Assembly: GCA_001655205.1 (NCBI GenBank)
Contig: LPNZ01010304.1
Coordinates: 1-38,189, forward strand
Source of the DNA: Lenisia limosa
Lineage: Eukaryota; Protista; Breviatea
Direction of reading: 5' to 3'
Length of the DNA: 38,189 nucleotides
Shown: piece by piece, positions 13,301 through 23,389 of the stretch
Layout: each line of letters starts with the position of its first letter
Position numbering within the stretch: the first letter of the stretch is position 1
The notes under the pieces: model-generated
What the model saw: only the letters and a program-made list of their open reading frames with translations
What the model was told of the DNA's origin: nothing
The model's database searches: none
Program-made: the position numbers and the translations under genes

Positions 13301-14650
13301 TATACATATACATACAGATATATATTTATTACATAATATAATACATATAATGATATTAAATCATATCATATGTAGATATGATGTATGATATGATAATACT
13401 CTTTACTTCTCTTTTTTTTTTTATTCGCAGTTGTTTGGTACTTTTTTTTTTTCGAAAAAACAACCCCAAAATGGCGCAATAATTTTGCTGCACACTATAT
13501 AGTGTTGAATCTATAAAGGGATTTCATTTTGTATCAATCATAAGCTCTCTACCAAATTCTACATGGTACAAACCTTCTGGTTACGCTAATATTAACCAAT
13601 TTTTAGAACAAAGCTACACGCTTGGGCACCAGTCACTGTGACTACTACTCATAATAATTACCGTGAGTTACATTTATTATCTCACATTGTTTGTACTTTG
13701 ACATTGGTTTGTTAGTTTTATTAACCATTGTATTATATATCTTGAGTCATTTGTAATTGTAGTTTTTTTATGATATATCGAAGCATACAATATTTATATA
13801 TAAATATATGAAATACTAATACATGTTAACCCATATCCACCAGTGATATGAATCATATGACCGACTTCTAAATAGAAATGATGAAAGAAGATAGCACGAG
13901 GGATCATCCCGAGTGTATCAGAGTATCAGTAAGACTTGTCGGTCAATAATATACTACATAAAAAGCATGATGCTGAGGGCGCCTTCGGTTAGAAACTCCT
14001 TTTTTAATCATATGATATTATCTCAACTCTCCAGCCGTTTTCATTGGATTTGTGTCTGAGGCCACATTCCTCAATGCAGTGACAGTTACCGGCTCAGACT
14101 CATCAACAAGTAGGTTGTCACCTTTTCCTCTTTCTCTCTCTCTCTCTCTCTCTCTCTATTTTCTTTTTTTTAGCTTCAGCCTAACTTCTTAGCTGCGATG
14201 AGAGTTTACTCCAACTCCAAAGTACGCGTTGGTATCTTGTTTTTTTTTTTTATATACTATACTATACTATTTTAGTATACTATACTATATGTATACATGA
14301 TATATGAAATTTGGAAAATCCTCCCAAGGGATAAAAAGCGTTGTGTATTGAAATAATTGTTCAGGTACTGTTCTTCAGTCATGTAATTGTCACTGGGCCA
14401 ACTTATGAGTGGGTTTAGCGAATGGTGTAATTGTTAATCGCAATCCTGCGATGAATATTACTCAAATTATCAGGTTGTATGTCACAGAACACTCTAATAT
14501 CTCTTGCCAAAGCCCCTGTGTGGTGAGTTAGGGATTTATGTGGTCCGTCCTTCCAATACTTCGATAATCATTAACCAATCAGTACGGGAACATCAATTGT
14601 GGCAGCCCCAACGTTTGTACAACAGACTGAGACCTGTAGCCATCTTTTTT
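10320..14650 (+). CDS. Probable secreted or surface protein with IPT/TIG-like beta-sandwich segments; boundaries approximate
   Basis: Hydrophobic LLFALAVAAPTLSTSG near the 5' end. Exons LDTLVNTVISANSVLECTLPAGMSEYALG, ITVPFTIPQAVSGNRIQIKGQGLG (TIG-like), SKAKTGTVNFVSSAVTLTAQQDTQSSYGLNVES, PAVFIGFVSEATFLNAVTVTGSDSST and NGVIVNRNPAMNITQIIRLYVTEHSNISCQSPCV. Full splicing was not resolved, so this could be two genes. Confidence 0.45.
12345..12674. mobile_element. MITE-like non-autonomous element with GGACCG/CGGTCC subterminal repeats and degenerate ~12-bp TIRs (hAT-like by inference)
   Basis: Left end TTTTGTTTCCCT versus right end AGGGAAGCACTA (reverse complement TAGTGCTTCCCT). GC-rich clusters of ccggtcc/ggaccgg motifs lie at both ends around an AT-rich core. 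The flanks tatgtata and catatata match 6/8, a possible TSD but within low-complexity sequence. Confidence 0.5.
12706..13294. mobile_element. MITE or DNA-transposon derivative with ~45-bp near-perfect terminal inverted repeats; interior partly in a gap
   Basis: 12706-12751 gctccggacatcattcaaaattcccggacacatcaaaactcgcgga versus the reverse complement of 13251-13294, gctccggacatcattcaaaatcccggacacatcaaaactcccga. No clear TSD. Confidence 0.8.
14133..14157. repeat. (TC)n microsatellite in an intron
   Basis: Direct reading: about 12 TC units. Confidence 0.9.
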
Positions 14651-14936
14651 GTAATTATGTTAGTATTTCGTGTGTATGTTTTACCCGCACCAAATTGGGG
14701 GGGGGGGGGGNNNNNNNNNNNNNNNNNNNNNNNNNNNNNNNNNNNNNNNNNNNNNNNNNNNNATGTGGTGTACATTTACAATTGCCAAAAAATATATCAC
14801 ATATAAAAAAAAAAAAGATAACTGCAGCCAAAATTGCAAAGATCCAGCGCCACAGGCTCGCCACAAGTCACAGCTGCCTCTCGTCAGCGCAAAGGTCGAA
14901 GTCCAAAAGGAAGGCTGGAGGCAAGGGCTTTTCATA

Positions 14937-17307
14937 ATGTTTGAACGCGACAGCAGCGTACCCGAAGTGAGTTGCGAAGCCTTCTATGTTCCAAAATGTG
15001 TTATTTTATACAGAAACAAGTATATCTAAAGGCAAACATTTCAAATACTTTCACTTAACTCTTTTCTCAGGAAAGGAAACAACCAGGTTCTGATCTCACC
15101 TGTGATGCTGTTCTCTTTCAGAAGGTCTTGGAAGGGGACGCTGACCTCGTTGTCATGGAAATGAGTGTAGGCTGCGCAAGTTTCTTTCTCTTTCTTTCTC
15201 TGTATGTTTGCTGACATTTTTATAGTTGTCGGGAGTTCTCCCGAGTCGAATCAAAGTAACCATTGATGATGATCAAGTCTTTGTTGATGCCGTTCGTGGT
15301 CAAGCAGTCGAAAAGGAAAAGAATGATTATGTTTATAAAGATGAGGTGGGGGAAGGTAATGCCGTACTTGGCAACTACACACTTACCCTTTTAGATTTAC
15401 CATGGAAACATCCTGAGACAAGTTGAATTACTACCTGGTCTTCAAGGGAACCTTGCAGCTACCTCCTTTCACAATGTGGGAAATGTATTGAAGCATGTCA
15501 ATGTATTGAAGCATTCCACTCTTATCTATTGAAGCACACGAGTTGTACGACAAATTATAAAATGAAAATTCAATATCTCTTTTGAATATATTGAACAACC
15601 TATACCTTCTTTTTATGTCCCATTTCAACATATTGCCAAGTCTTTCAATAAGCTGAATCTTACCTAATAGATTGTCTACCTAATATTGATACTACATTAG
15701 GATTATTCCGTTAATTGAAGTGGTTGATTAGTATACGCTTCTTACTGTTTCGATACAGGGTATTCTCAGAGTTGAGATTCCTCGAGTTGCACCTCCAAAA
15801 ACCCGGCCACCTCAGGAAAACAGAAAAACAGATGAAACTCTTGAGGTAGGGAGAAACACTTTGATAAACTTTGAAGCAGGCTGTAAATGATAAAAGTGTG
15901 TGCTGTTGGTCATCGATATCGAATCACTAATACTCACAGGTGATAACCGGGAGTTGTCTGGGAGTATTAGACCGAGATGTTTCAGACGATGCTGTTGTTG
16001 AATGGATCTGTGCTGGAGTGGACCCTGGTACCTTCACAGCCTCCATTGAAGGAAATACACTGAGCATGAAAGGTGGGTGAATACTACAATGGACACCATA
16101 GTACATGTATCATGTGTTACTGTAAAGTTTTTTGTTCTTAAAGTAGTTATATTATGTGTCACATCATAGGCAAGATTCCGCCTTTCCAAAATCCCACCGT
16201 TGCCAAAGATGATGGCACCACTTTGGTGTCGGGGATAACTAGGGGTCCTATTGAACAGACGGTTACGCTTCCTTGTCTGACTTACCCTGAAAAGGCTAAA
16301 TGTGAGAGCTAATTAACTTTGCTCTGTGGATGAACATGCGACTTCGTGTGCATCGCGAAATCCTGCCCCTTTTACACCGCAGATTCTTTCATATCAGGGA
16401 GCCTTATAGCCGTTCTACCGAGGCGTCTCCCCCCTCTTCCGTCCCTTTCTGTGTTTTTGTCTCAAGAGGTCCAACGGTACGTCTAATACCATAAACTATT
16501 GTCTTGAAATTTTGTATGTGGGGGAATGAAGCACTAGTAATCCCCATAATTTGGCTTTCAATTGCTACGACAACAAAGCTAAGACCTCGCTACTATGCCC
16601 TCATTTTCTGGTCTTTGTTCTCATTCAGTAGCGAGGCATTTTTTGGCTTCCTCGGCATTTCTTCTCCTCAGAATGGTAGGACAGCCCTTGAATTTGAACC
16701 TCCATTGCAATTTTCTTCTTTTTTCATTAATCAGCCCAAAACTGTGCACGTTTCCTGGCGGCTTTCTTGGAGTTCACGAAAGAAGAACGTTTAGAATTTG
16801 CTAAGGAATTAGCAAGGAAAATGATGGATTTGTACGTCAAGCCAGATGGAGAAAAGGTTGGTCAGTTTGCATTATTTTCATTCCCTAAACAAAACTCGGT
16901 GTATCATCATCAAATAATACAACTGTATTTATTTTTCCCCGTGAAACCCTAATTAAATCCTATGATATGCTGTGCCAGTATCACTACTAATATAATTTGG
17001 CTTTAGATGATCAAGTGTCCAGAACCCCATAGAAACACCTGCATATTTGACTACACACGTGTGGAGAGGGAACGTGGTGAAGCCATCCCACATGTATTAG
17101 GGAACTATGTGATCACCTAGCTACTACTGTCTTCGATTGTATTGTTTTACTTCTTAGGGTGTTTTCAAGCCTGTGCTCCCACACGCTATCGAAGCCGTTC
17201 GGGGTGGTGGTACTCTTCTTGACGGTCACGGTCTTGAGGGTTCTCCGTACCTTGCATTTGCTTCTTCAAAACTCTATAGAACCCTTCATCGAAGGAAGCC
17301 TCTCTAG
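14937..17307 (+). CDS. Fusion protein: two tandem HSP20/alpha-crystallin domains followed by a C-terminal RGS domain (start may lie further upstream, at or before 14820)
   Basis: Phase-consistent splicing. ACD1: VLEGDADLVVMEMSLSGVLPSRIKVTIDDDQVFVDAVRGQAVEKEKNDYVYKDE|IYHGNILRQVELLPGLQGNLAATSFHN|GILRVEIPR. ACD2: DAVVEWICAGVDPGTFTASIEGNTLSMKG|...RGPIEQTVTLPCLTYPEKAK..YQGALIAVLPRR. RGS-like: SLSVFLSQEVQR|SEAFFGFLGISSPQN|AQNCARFLAAFLEFTKEERLEFAKELARKMMDLYVKPDGEK|MIKCPEPHRNTCIFDYTRVERERGEAIPH|GVFKPVLPHAIEAVRG. Stop TAG 17305-17307. Confidence 0.75.
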
Positions 17308-17607
17308 GTTATTTATTTATAGCATACTCTTAGGATGTGTTTTTATTAGTCGTAGATTTATTTATGTATTACTGTATCCTGTAGTGACCAAAAGCGAATT
17401 ACGCGCAGTTATTGGCTGAGGCATTGGTATTAAACTAAAGCGGTGCATACATTTAAACAAGGTGATTCAGAATTGTACAAATAAATATAAATAAAAATTC
17501 AGAAAGGTATAAATAAGGCGGAAGTATTGCACCGTATCTTTTTCCTATAAAGGTAGTGAATTTTCGAGAACATTAAGCTTACCAATATAGTTTGCAAGAA
17601 GAAAAGG

Positions 17608-19281
17608 TCATAACATCATTTTAACAGGAAAGTAGAACAGAACTGTGCTATTTGAGTCCAACTCAGAAAACACAACAACTGTCTTTTGCTTGTATATTGA
17701 AAGGTTCACCGTTTGGTTTTGTTGGAGCAACTGCAAGAGTGAGTTCTTCAAAAAAAACCAATCTACAAAAAAACAGTAAATATCATTTTAAATAATGATT
17801 TTTTATCCCCCCACATGTCTCAGTGACAAAAATGCTGAGAGGTCTTTGCCATTAACAGTAGCCTCAAACAAACTTTCTATATTGTCACCTCAACAATCAA
17901 GTAAGGTTCCAAACCATCGCTGTCTTCCTTCTTAGTACACCGAATATTCTGATACTTCACTTCAACACTAGCTGTTACTTCTGCGGCTCTAACAACAAAC
18001 TGTTGTTCCTGTCGAAGTCAAAAATCCATGAGGAAAAGAAGCCAGAGCAACCAGTCATTTCAGTCAAGCTTGCCTCACCACCTACATCGGAGTTGACCTG
18101 TAATGGTAAGTGGTTTAATACGGAAGGAAGCTACACATAACTGATAATATCGTTATTATAAAAACAGTGAGTAACCTCCGACCTTTATAATAAAATCATC
18201 GGAAAGAGCCATGAGATTGTCGAAAACTGTTCGAAGTCGGTTTAAACCCGGGGAACTTATAAGAACCTGAGAGTCAAATTAATCTTAACCCATGATCCCT
18301 ACGTCTGGATCGCCTAATAGAGGCATCTTGAACTTCTCAATGTCTGATGGGACCATTACGTTGACTTTAATGTATTGAACCACGTCTCTGTCCTGATGCT
18401 ATCAAGGCACTGGTTGGGGAACGTTCTCTATTCAAAGCAACAACAATTGTAGCCAAATCTCCCTCAAACATCAATTACAGTGGTGTAAAGAAGGTGTCCT
18501 TGCTATAAACAATGAGCAATAATCAACAAAAACGAAAATATCATGCTACCTCATGTCTTTCTTACCCCTTGTAAACTGACAAGCTTCAGTGACGCATTAG
18601 TGACCTTCCCTGTTCTGTTAACTCCTGAGATCAGCGCCTCCCTCTGGAAAAGAATAAATGGAAGAATAAGAAATCCAAATACAAAAGGTAAGGGGAAGGA
18701 ATAAAAAGTAAGGCACACCATAATGGGGAGCGGGGGGGGGGGGGTNNNNNNNNNNNNNNNNNNNNNNNNNNNNNNNNNNNNNNNNNNNNNNNNNNNNNNN
18801 NNNNNNNNNNNNNNNNNNNNNNNNNNNNNATCTTCATTCGAGGAGGTTACTTGAGATTTAGAGCAAAGAAGAGCCTGGTATTTGAGAACTATCAAAACAA
18901 TAGCGGAAAAAATTCTACATTCAAAAGTTATTTCGGTATTTATACACACATAGCCACCTTTTTTGAAGATCATCAAAAAATAAAGGTTCCAACTTACCAT
19001 TGATATACGGCCCCAGACTTGTGGTTGCTCATCAGTTTCGCCTCTTTGTATAAACTAAAAGGAAATGATATGTGCCAAAATGAAATACCTCTAAATGCAA
19101 ACCAACCTGAACTGTTGTTGGACTTATGATGATGGTCTCTGTTTTGGATTTAATGTCGACAGCACTTACCACCTCTGAAGAGTCAAGAAAATGATTGTTG
19201 ACGCGGGTTGAAAACAAACAAAAGCACAAACCACCAACTTGAAAAGAAGTCGTGAACAACACCCGTTAATTTTAGATGCAT
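17608..19281 (-). CDS. HUS1: Checkpoint clamp (9-1-1 complex) subunit Hus1
   Basis: Spliced: MHLKLTGVVHDFFSKVVSAVDIKSKTETIIISPTTVQFIQRGETDEQPQVWGRISM...EALISGVNRTGKVTNASLKLVSLQGQGHLLYTTVID-HQDRDVVQYIKVNVMVPSDIEKFKMPLLGDPDVLISSPGLNRLRTVFDNLMALSDDFIIKVNSDVGEQQFVVRAAEVTASVEVKYQNI...FEATVNGKDLSAFLSLRH...QKTVVVFSELDSNSTVLFYFPVKMML*. It is collinear with human Hus1 motifs (RIVTHDIPIKVI; EPVVPDPDVSIYLP.LKTMKSVVEKMKNISNHLVI; VSLQYFIP). One gap lies inside. Confidence 0.8.
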
Positions 19282-19418
19282 GTTGCTGAAATTTCAACGA
19301 AGAGAGACCTGTGAATAGAAGTGGCAAAATATCTGATCGGAGCCTGACAGATTGCCTTCTCAGATCTTTCTTTTTCGCCTATCAATATTCTTCTTTTTGG
19401 TTTTTTTTTTCTTTTTTT
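19282..19418. promoter_or_regulatory. Short divergent intergenic region (putative bidirectional promoter) between HUS1 and the LCIB-like gene
   Basis: Head-to-head start codons about 140-200 bp apart. No specific motif is claimed. Confidence 0.4.
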
Positions 19419-19487
19419 ATGGAGAAGAAGGGAAGAAGAGGGCGCGAAAACAGGAAGGTTTGTTATATTGGTAACTATCACACCCAG

Positions 19488-21310
19488 ATGTTTTTAATTC
19501 AAATCAAAGATTGTCAAAACAAAACATCAAAACATCAAAAGGAATTGTATAGAGTAGCGGCACAAACGTGTTCAAGCAAATTACTATCGAATCAGGGGGT
19601 AGAAAGGATTTACAACTCGTTAGAGACTCCTTTTTCGATCTACCACTCTCCTGACGACACCCACGTGGACTTACTGTCACGTTTAAACTCACTTGAAAGA
19701 CTAGTAATAGAAATCTAAGGAGATATTGTAAATTGACAAGTTAACACTTTGTCTACAATGAGGGACCTTGCCGACCAACTGCTTCTCAAGGCATCGACAA
19801 CCTTCGGGTTTCCAGGAATGTTTGTTGAGAAGTTTATGGCAGCCCTTCACTCGGAGTTGTTCTTAAGAGGGTATGCCATGTCTATTATTAGACCCCACTT
19901 TTCTTGACTGACGGCATGTCCCAACATATAATACATGTCTGTCATTCTTAAGGTATCAGAAGGACAACACACTTCCAATGCTCTCGCTATGTCGCGATGA
20001 GCTGTCCTCTTCTTTAGCCGACAAATTCCAGGTTGGGAGTGTAATTTACCCCAAATGAAAATGAAACGCCATGGAAACTACGATTATAAGTGTTCTATTA
20101 AAAAGACTAATGCATTAGCAAGATTGGGGCCAACCTTTCAACCTTTCTGGACTTGGTGGACAAATTCTCTGTGGTAAGAAGCGTTGCACCTGAACTTTTA
20201 TTATTTTTAATTGGACAATTTTGTAATTCTGATTTGGGATGAGGGGAATACTGATTCAGCATTTTAGAATACAATTATTCTGATATGGAACAAACAATAT
20301 AATTTTTTGGACCCCAAAACCAAGCATAAACCCTCTTTCTCATTATCAGGGTCCAGTGCAATTGCGGCAGGTATGAGTCATGTTCCGAGTCACGGTGCTG
20401 AAGGCGGCAGAGTGCTGGTGCTGGCTGGTGGACATATTGGGCTTGACAGTAATTGCGTGGGAAGGGGGGCTTGGTTTTTTGTTCTTCACGATGGAGAATA
20501 ATGTTGTAGCATTATTGAAAACCCAAAATACTATTCTCGATAGCTATTCTATATGTCAAAGAGCCTTATTATGTTTCTCAAAATACATCACATGTCAGTG
20601 CCTGTTTGACAATTCAGAACTTTGGTGTGGTAAAGCGAGATGGCATTCTTCAGTGCACTGACGCTTGTGGTGCATTACAGGGTGTCAAAAAGTGGGTGGT
20701 TGGTTCTATTTTTTTAAAAAAAAGGGGGGTCTAACTCATCTTTTTATTGTGCAGGATACTAAGAGCTCAACAATTCCCATCCTCAAAAGACTTCGAAATG
20801 CATCAACTTTATAAAGTGGGGACAAAAGAGTGGGATTTGGTCACTGGGCATTTTTTTGGGGTATGGATTGTGATGATTTATTTTAGAATATCGCTGGAGA
20901 CCTGTCCCGTAACTCAGCCCTGGAGACCATTCAGATCGCAAACCAAATGGCTATTCACCAGCAACTTGGTGAGATTCCAATAATTATTCTCAGTAAAACT
21001 ACAAGATCCAATGAATTTTCTACTTTCACTGTGTTTACCCTCAAGATGATTTATCAAACAAGTGCCCCTGGGAACATATCACTTTAGTAGCGGCAATTCA
21101 TGTACACACACCAAAGGTTGGAACAGACCTTCACACGCTGGACACACAATAAATATTTTTAAATATTCAATGATAACATTACAGGGCCTCCGAGATATAA
21201 TTGTCCCCACTCTGATGACGTGTCAAAGTCAGGAAGGGCTCACGGATATTCTTCCCGTGTTCACCAAGTCTGCTAAGAAGAACTTGGAGTATTTACAGTC
21301 AGAGCCTTAA
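19488..21310 (+). CDS. LCIB/LCIC-like (theta-type, beta-CA-fold) carbonic anhydrase family protein; alternative start at ATG 19419
   Basis: Spliced: ...FGFPGMFVEKFMAALHSELFLRG|YQKDNTLPMLSLCRDELSSSLADKFQ|QDWGQPFNLSGLGGQILCG|SSAIAAGMSHVPSHGAEGGRVLVLAGGHIGLDSNC|NFGVVKRDGILQCTDACGALQGVKK|ILRAQQFPSSKDFEMHQLYK|...ITLVAAIHVHTPK|GLRDIIVP...EP*. It follows Chlamydomonas LCIB motifs (DNTIAMTNLCRDE; FNTNGLGGVLTCG; AGLSHSP; PHIAI; CACGAL), and the Zn-ligand Cys/His/Cys positions are present. Confidence 0.88.
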
Positions 21311-21390
21311 GGCTGAGTTATGGTATTATTTATTGTGGGATGGTGAATGCAAATCTCTTTGAAATTAGTTCACTACATTGCCAAAAATAA

Positions 21391-23350
21391 TTAGCCCAAA
21401 CCATATTTACGCCTCCCTCCATTTTGCTGTCAATATGAGAGGAATAACAATTGGACAAACTAGCTTTTCATATTACAAATAATCACGAGAAATCAGACCA
21501 CATTCATACCGTTTGTCGAAGATATCTGATTCGCTTGTTGCTGAACCAATTGTTGAGCTGAAGCTGGGACTGAAGGGTGTTATTGAAAAACGCAAAAAGG
21601 TGACGGGCAGTTTTTTTTTAATAAAAATCCACCTTACCACATTGGCATCAATGCAGAGTTGATTTTTGTCCCTTTCGTTAGGATAGGGCATATCAAGGTG
21701 AGCATAGAACCAATCGTTCAGAATGTCACTTGTCCTAAGTGGTGAGCTCCTGATGTAGTCTGTCCACCCATCAAAAGAATGTCTACGAAAAACTAGTTTA
21801 TATTTTCTTTCTGGATCATCATATTTCCTTGAAAATACGGCCTTTGCCACTCACTCTTTTGGCAGGTTTCTTCTTCTCCTAGGTCCATCATCGTCTAAAG
21901 TGTAAATGGGTTTTCAAATGACATAGTAAAGCCACGAATATCACATCAACCACAAAACATCACAAGAAACACTTCAGTCCCCTCCCAACCTTTATCCTTT
22001 ATACCCATTGCCACTTCCTCCAAGCCTCTTTTGTAACGAATTCGGCGGTTTCCGAACCAGTTATTGATTTGGGCTGTCGTCTGAGAAGGTAATCATCCAC
22101 AGAATGCTCAGATGCCCCTATCTCTGTGTTTTCAACAAAGTAAGGTAATTATGTATTGTTAGAGGTGTTAACATACCCGCCCCCTACGCATTCAGCCTTT
22201 TTGGCAAGCCATTTCTTGGTCTCATCATCAGGGTAAGGCGATTCAATGTGCCCCAAAAACCAGTTGTTCAAAGTCTATAGAAATCAGTTGGCTGATATCG
22301 CAAAGTTTCCTTCATGAGATCAACCAACCTCAGTTGCATGCTTTGAGAGGGTTTTTCTCCCAGTGGAAACAGTTTTCTTTTTAGCTGCAGGACTGACCAT
22401 TTTCGGTCCTCTTGCGATGACAGGAACTTTCGCTCTACAACTCGTTATTTTATTATTGACTAAAGGTAAATAAATTGAATCAAAAAAACAAATCTGATGT
22501 AAACCCCACATTATGGACACACCGCTCACCTGATAGAAACGAACTCATCCGGCACGCCCGCTCGAGGAATTAAACGAGGGTCGCATTCGTACTGTTTGTC
22601 CAAGAGCTGAGGAATTAGAAAAGATGAATCACTCCATAGCTAAGTGGGATATCATATTATGATGATATATTATGTTTATCACAAGTACCCCATGTCTTCA
22701 TTGCCCAATCGGCGGCTCCAAACCTTAAAATCTGTACAATAATGAGGGACATCGGTGCTGATATCGAAATCATGAAGATCTTCCAGAGTATCAGCCTGCT
22801 GCTTACTAAAGGTGTCAGCTAAATCAGCAAATTTTTTGAATGCGAATATGTAGAAATAAGATGTATAAAAAGGCTGGACTATCCGGACACGATCTTAAAC
22901 AAGTTGGTTAGAGAGAATTGTCACGGATTAACGAAGATTTACTTTCCGTGACGTCATATTTTCCTAAAAGCATAATTGTTGTTCTCTTATCTCAATAACA
23001 ATTACTTCTATACTATATTGCAAGTTACGCTCGTTTACAGTTATTTTTGTCCTTCAACCGAGCCAGGTTCTCCAACGCAACCTGCTTTACACCGCTACAT
23101 GCGAATAGTAAACCAGTACCACCTTGTTGCAGGCTTTCTTTTCCTTGATTTTTCAGTTGGCTCCACTTCCATCCACTCCATATCATCATCCTGAGATAAT
23201 GAGTACGCAGCTACATTTGGAAGGCTAAAACAGCATTTCAGAAAAAAGAGTACAATTCCAGCTCACAACTCGCATTTTCCGTCTTGTCCTGTAGACTTTA
23301 CTCCAGTCCGGCGGCTCAGGGGAGTCTTCATCTTCTGGTGGATACTTCAT
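21391..23350 (-). CDS. Transcription factor with two tandem PBX-like TALE homeodomains; 5' end uncertain (may extend to 26070)
   Basis: HD1: GRKTLSKHATE|TLNNWFLGHIESPYPDDETKKWLAKKAEC|TTAQINNWFGNRRIRYKRG. HD2: RRRRNLPKE|TSDILNDWFYAHLDMPYPNERDKNQLCIDANV|SQLQLNNWFSNKRIRYLRQT|QNGGRRKYGLG*. Both carry the TALE PYP loop and the PBX-type N(K/R)RIRY helix-3 signature. Confidence 0.9.
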
Positions 23351-23389
23351 AACCGGCTACTGAGTCAGATGGAATTGAGAAGACGCTTG

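Noticed and set aside
13492-13505. 14-bp palindrome ACACTATATAGTGT
   Set aside because: It is a single short palindrome in AT-rich sequence, compatible with chance.
15482-15536. Three short direct repeats (aatgtattgaagca) in an intron
   Set aside because: They look like local slippage duplications and have no spacer structure, so this is not CRISPR-like.
20687-20710. TA-CAGGGTGTC resembling a Tc1/mariner TIR
   Set aside because: It lies in the LCIB-like exon (ALQGVKK) at a splice donor, and no partner TIR was found.
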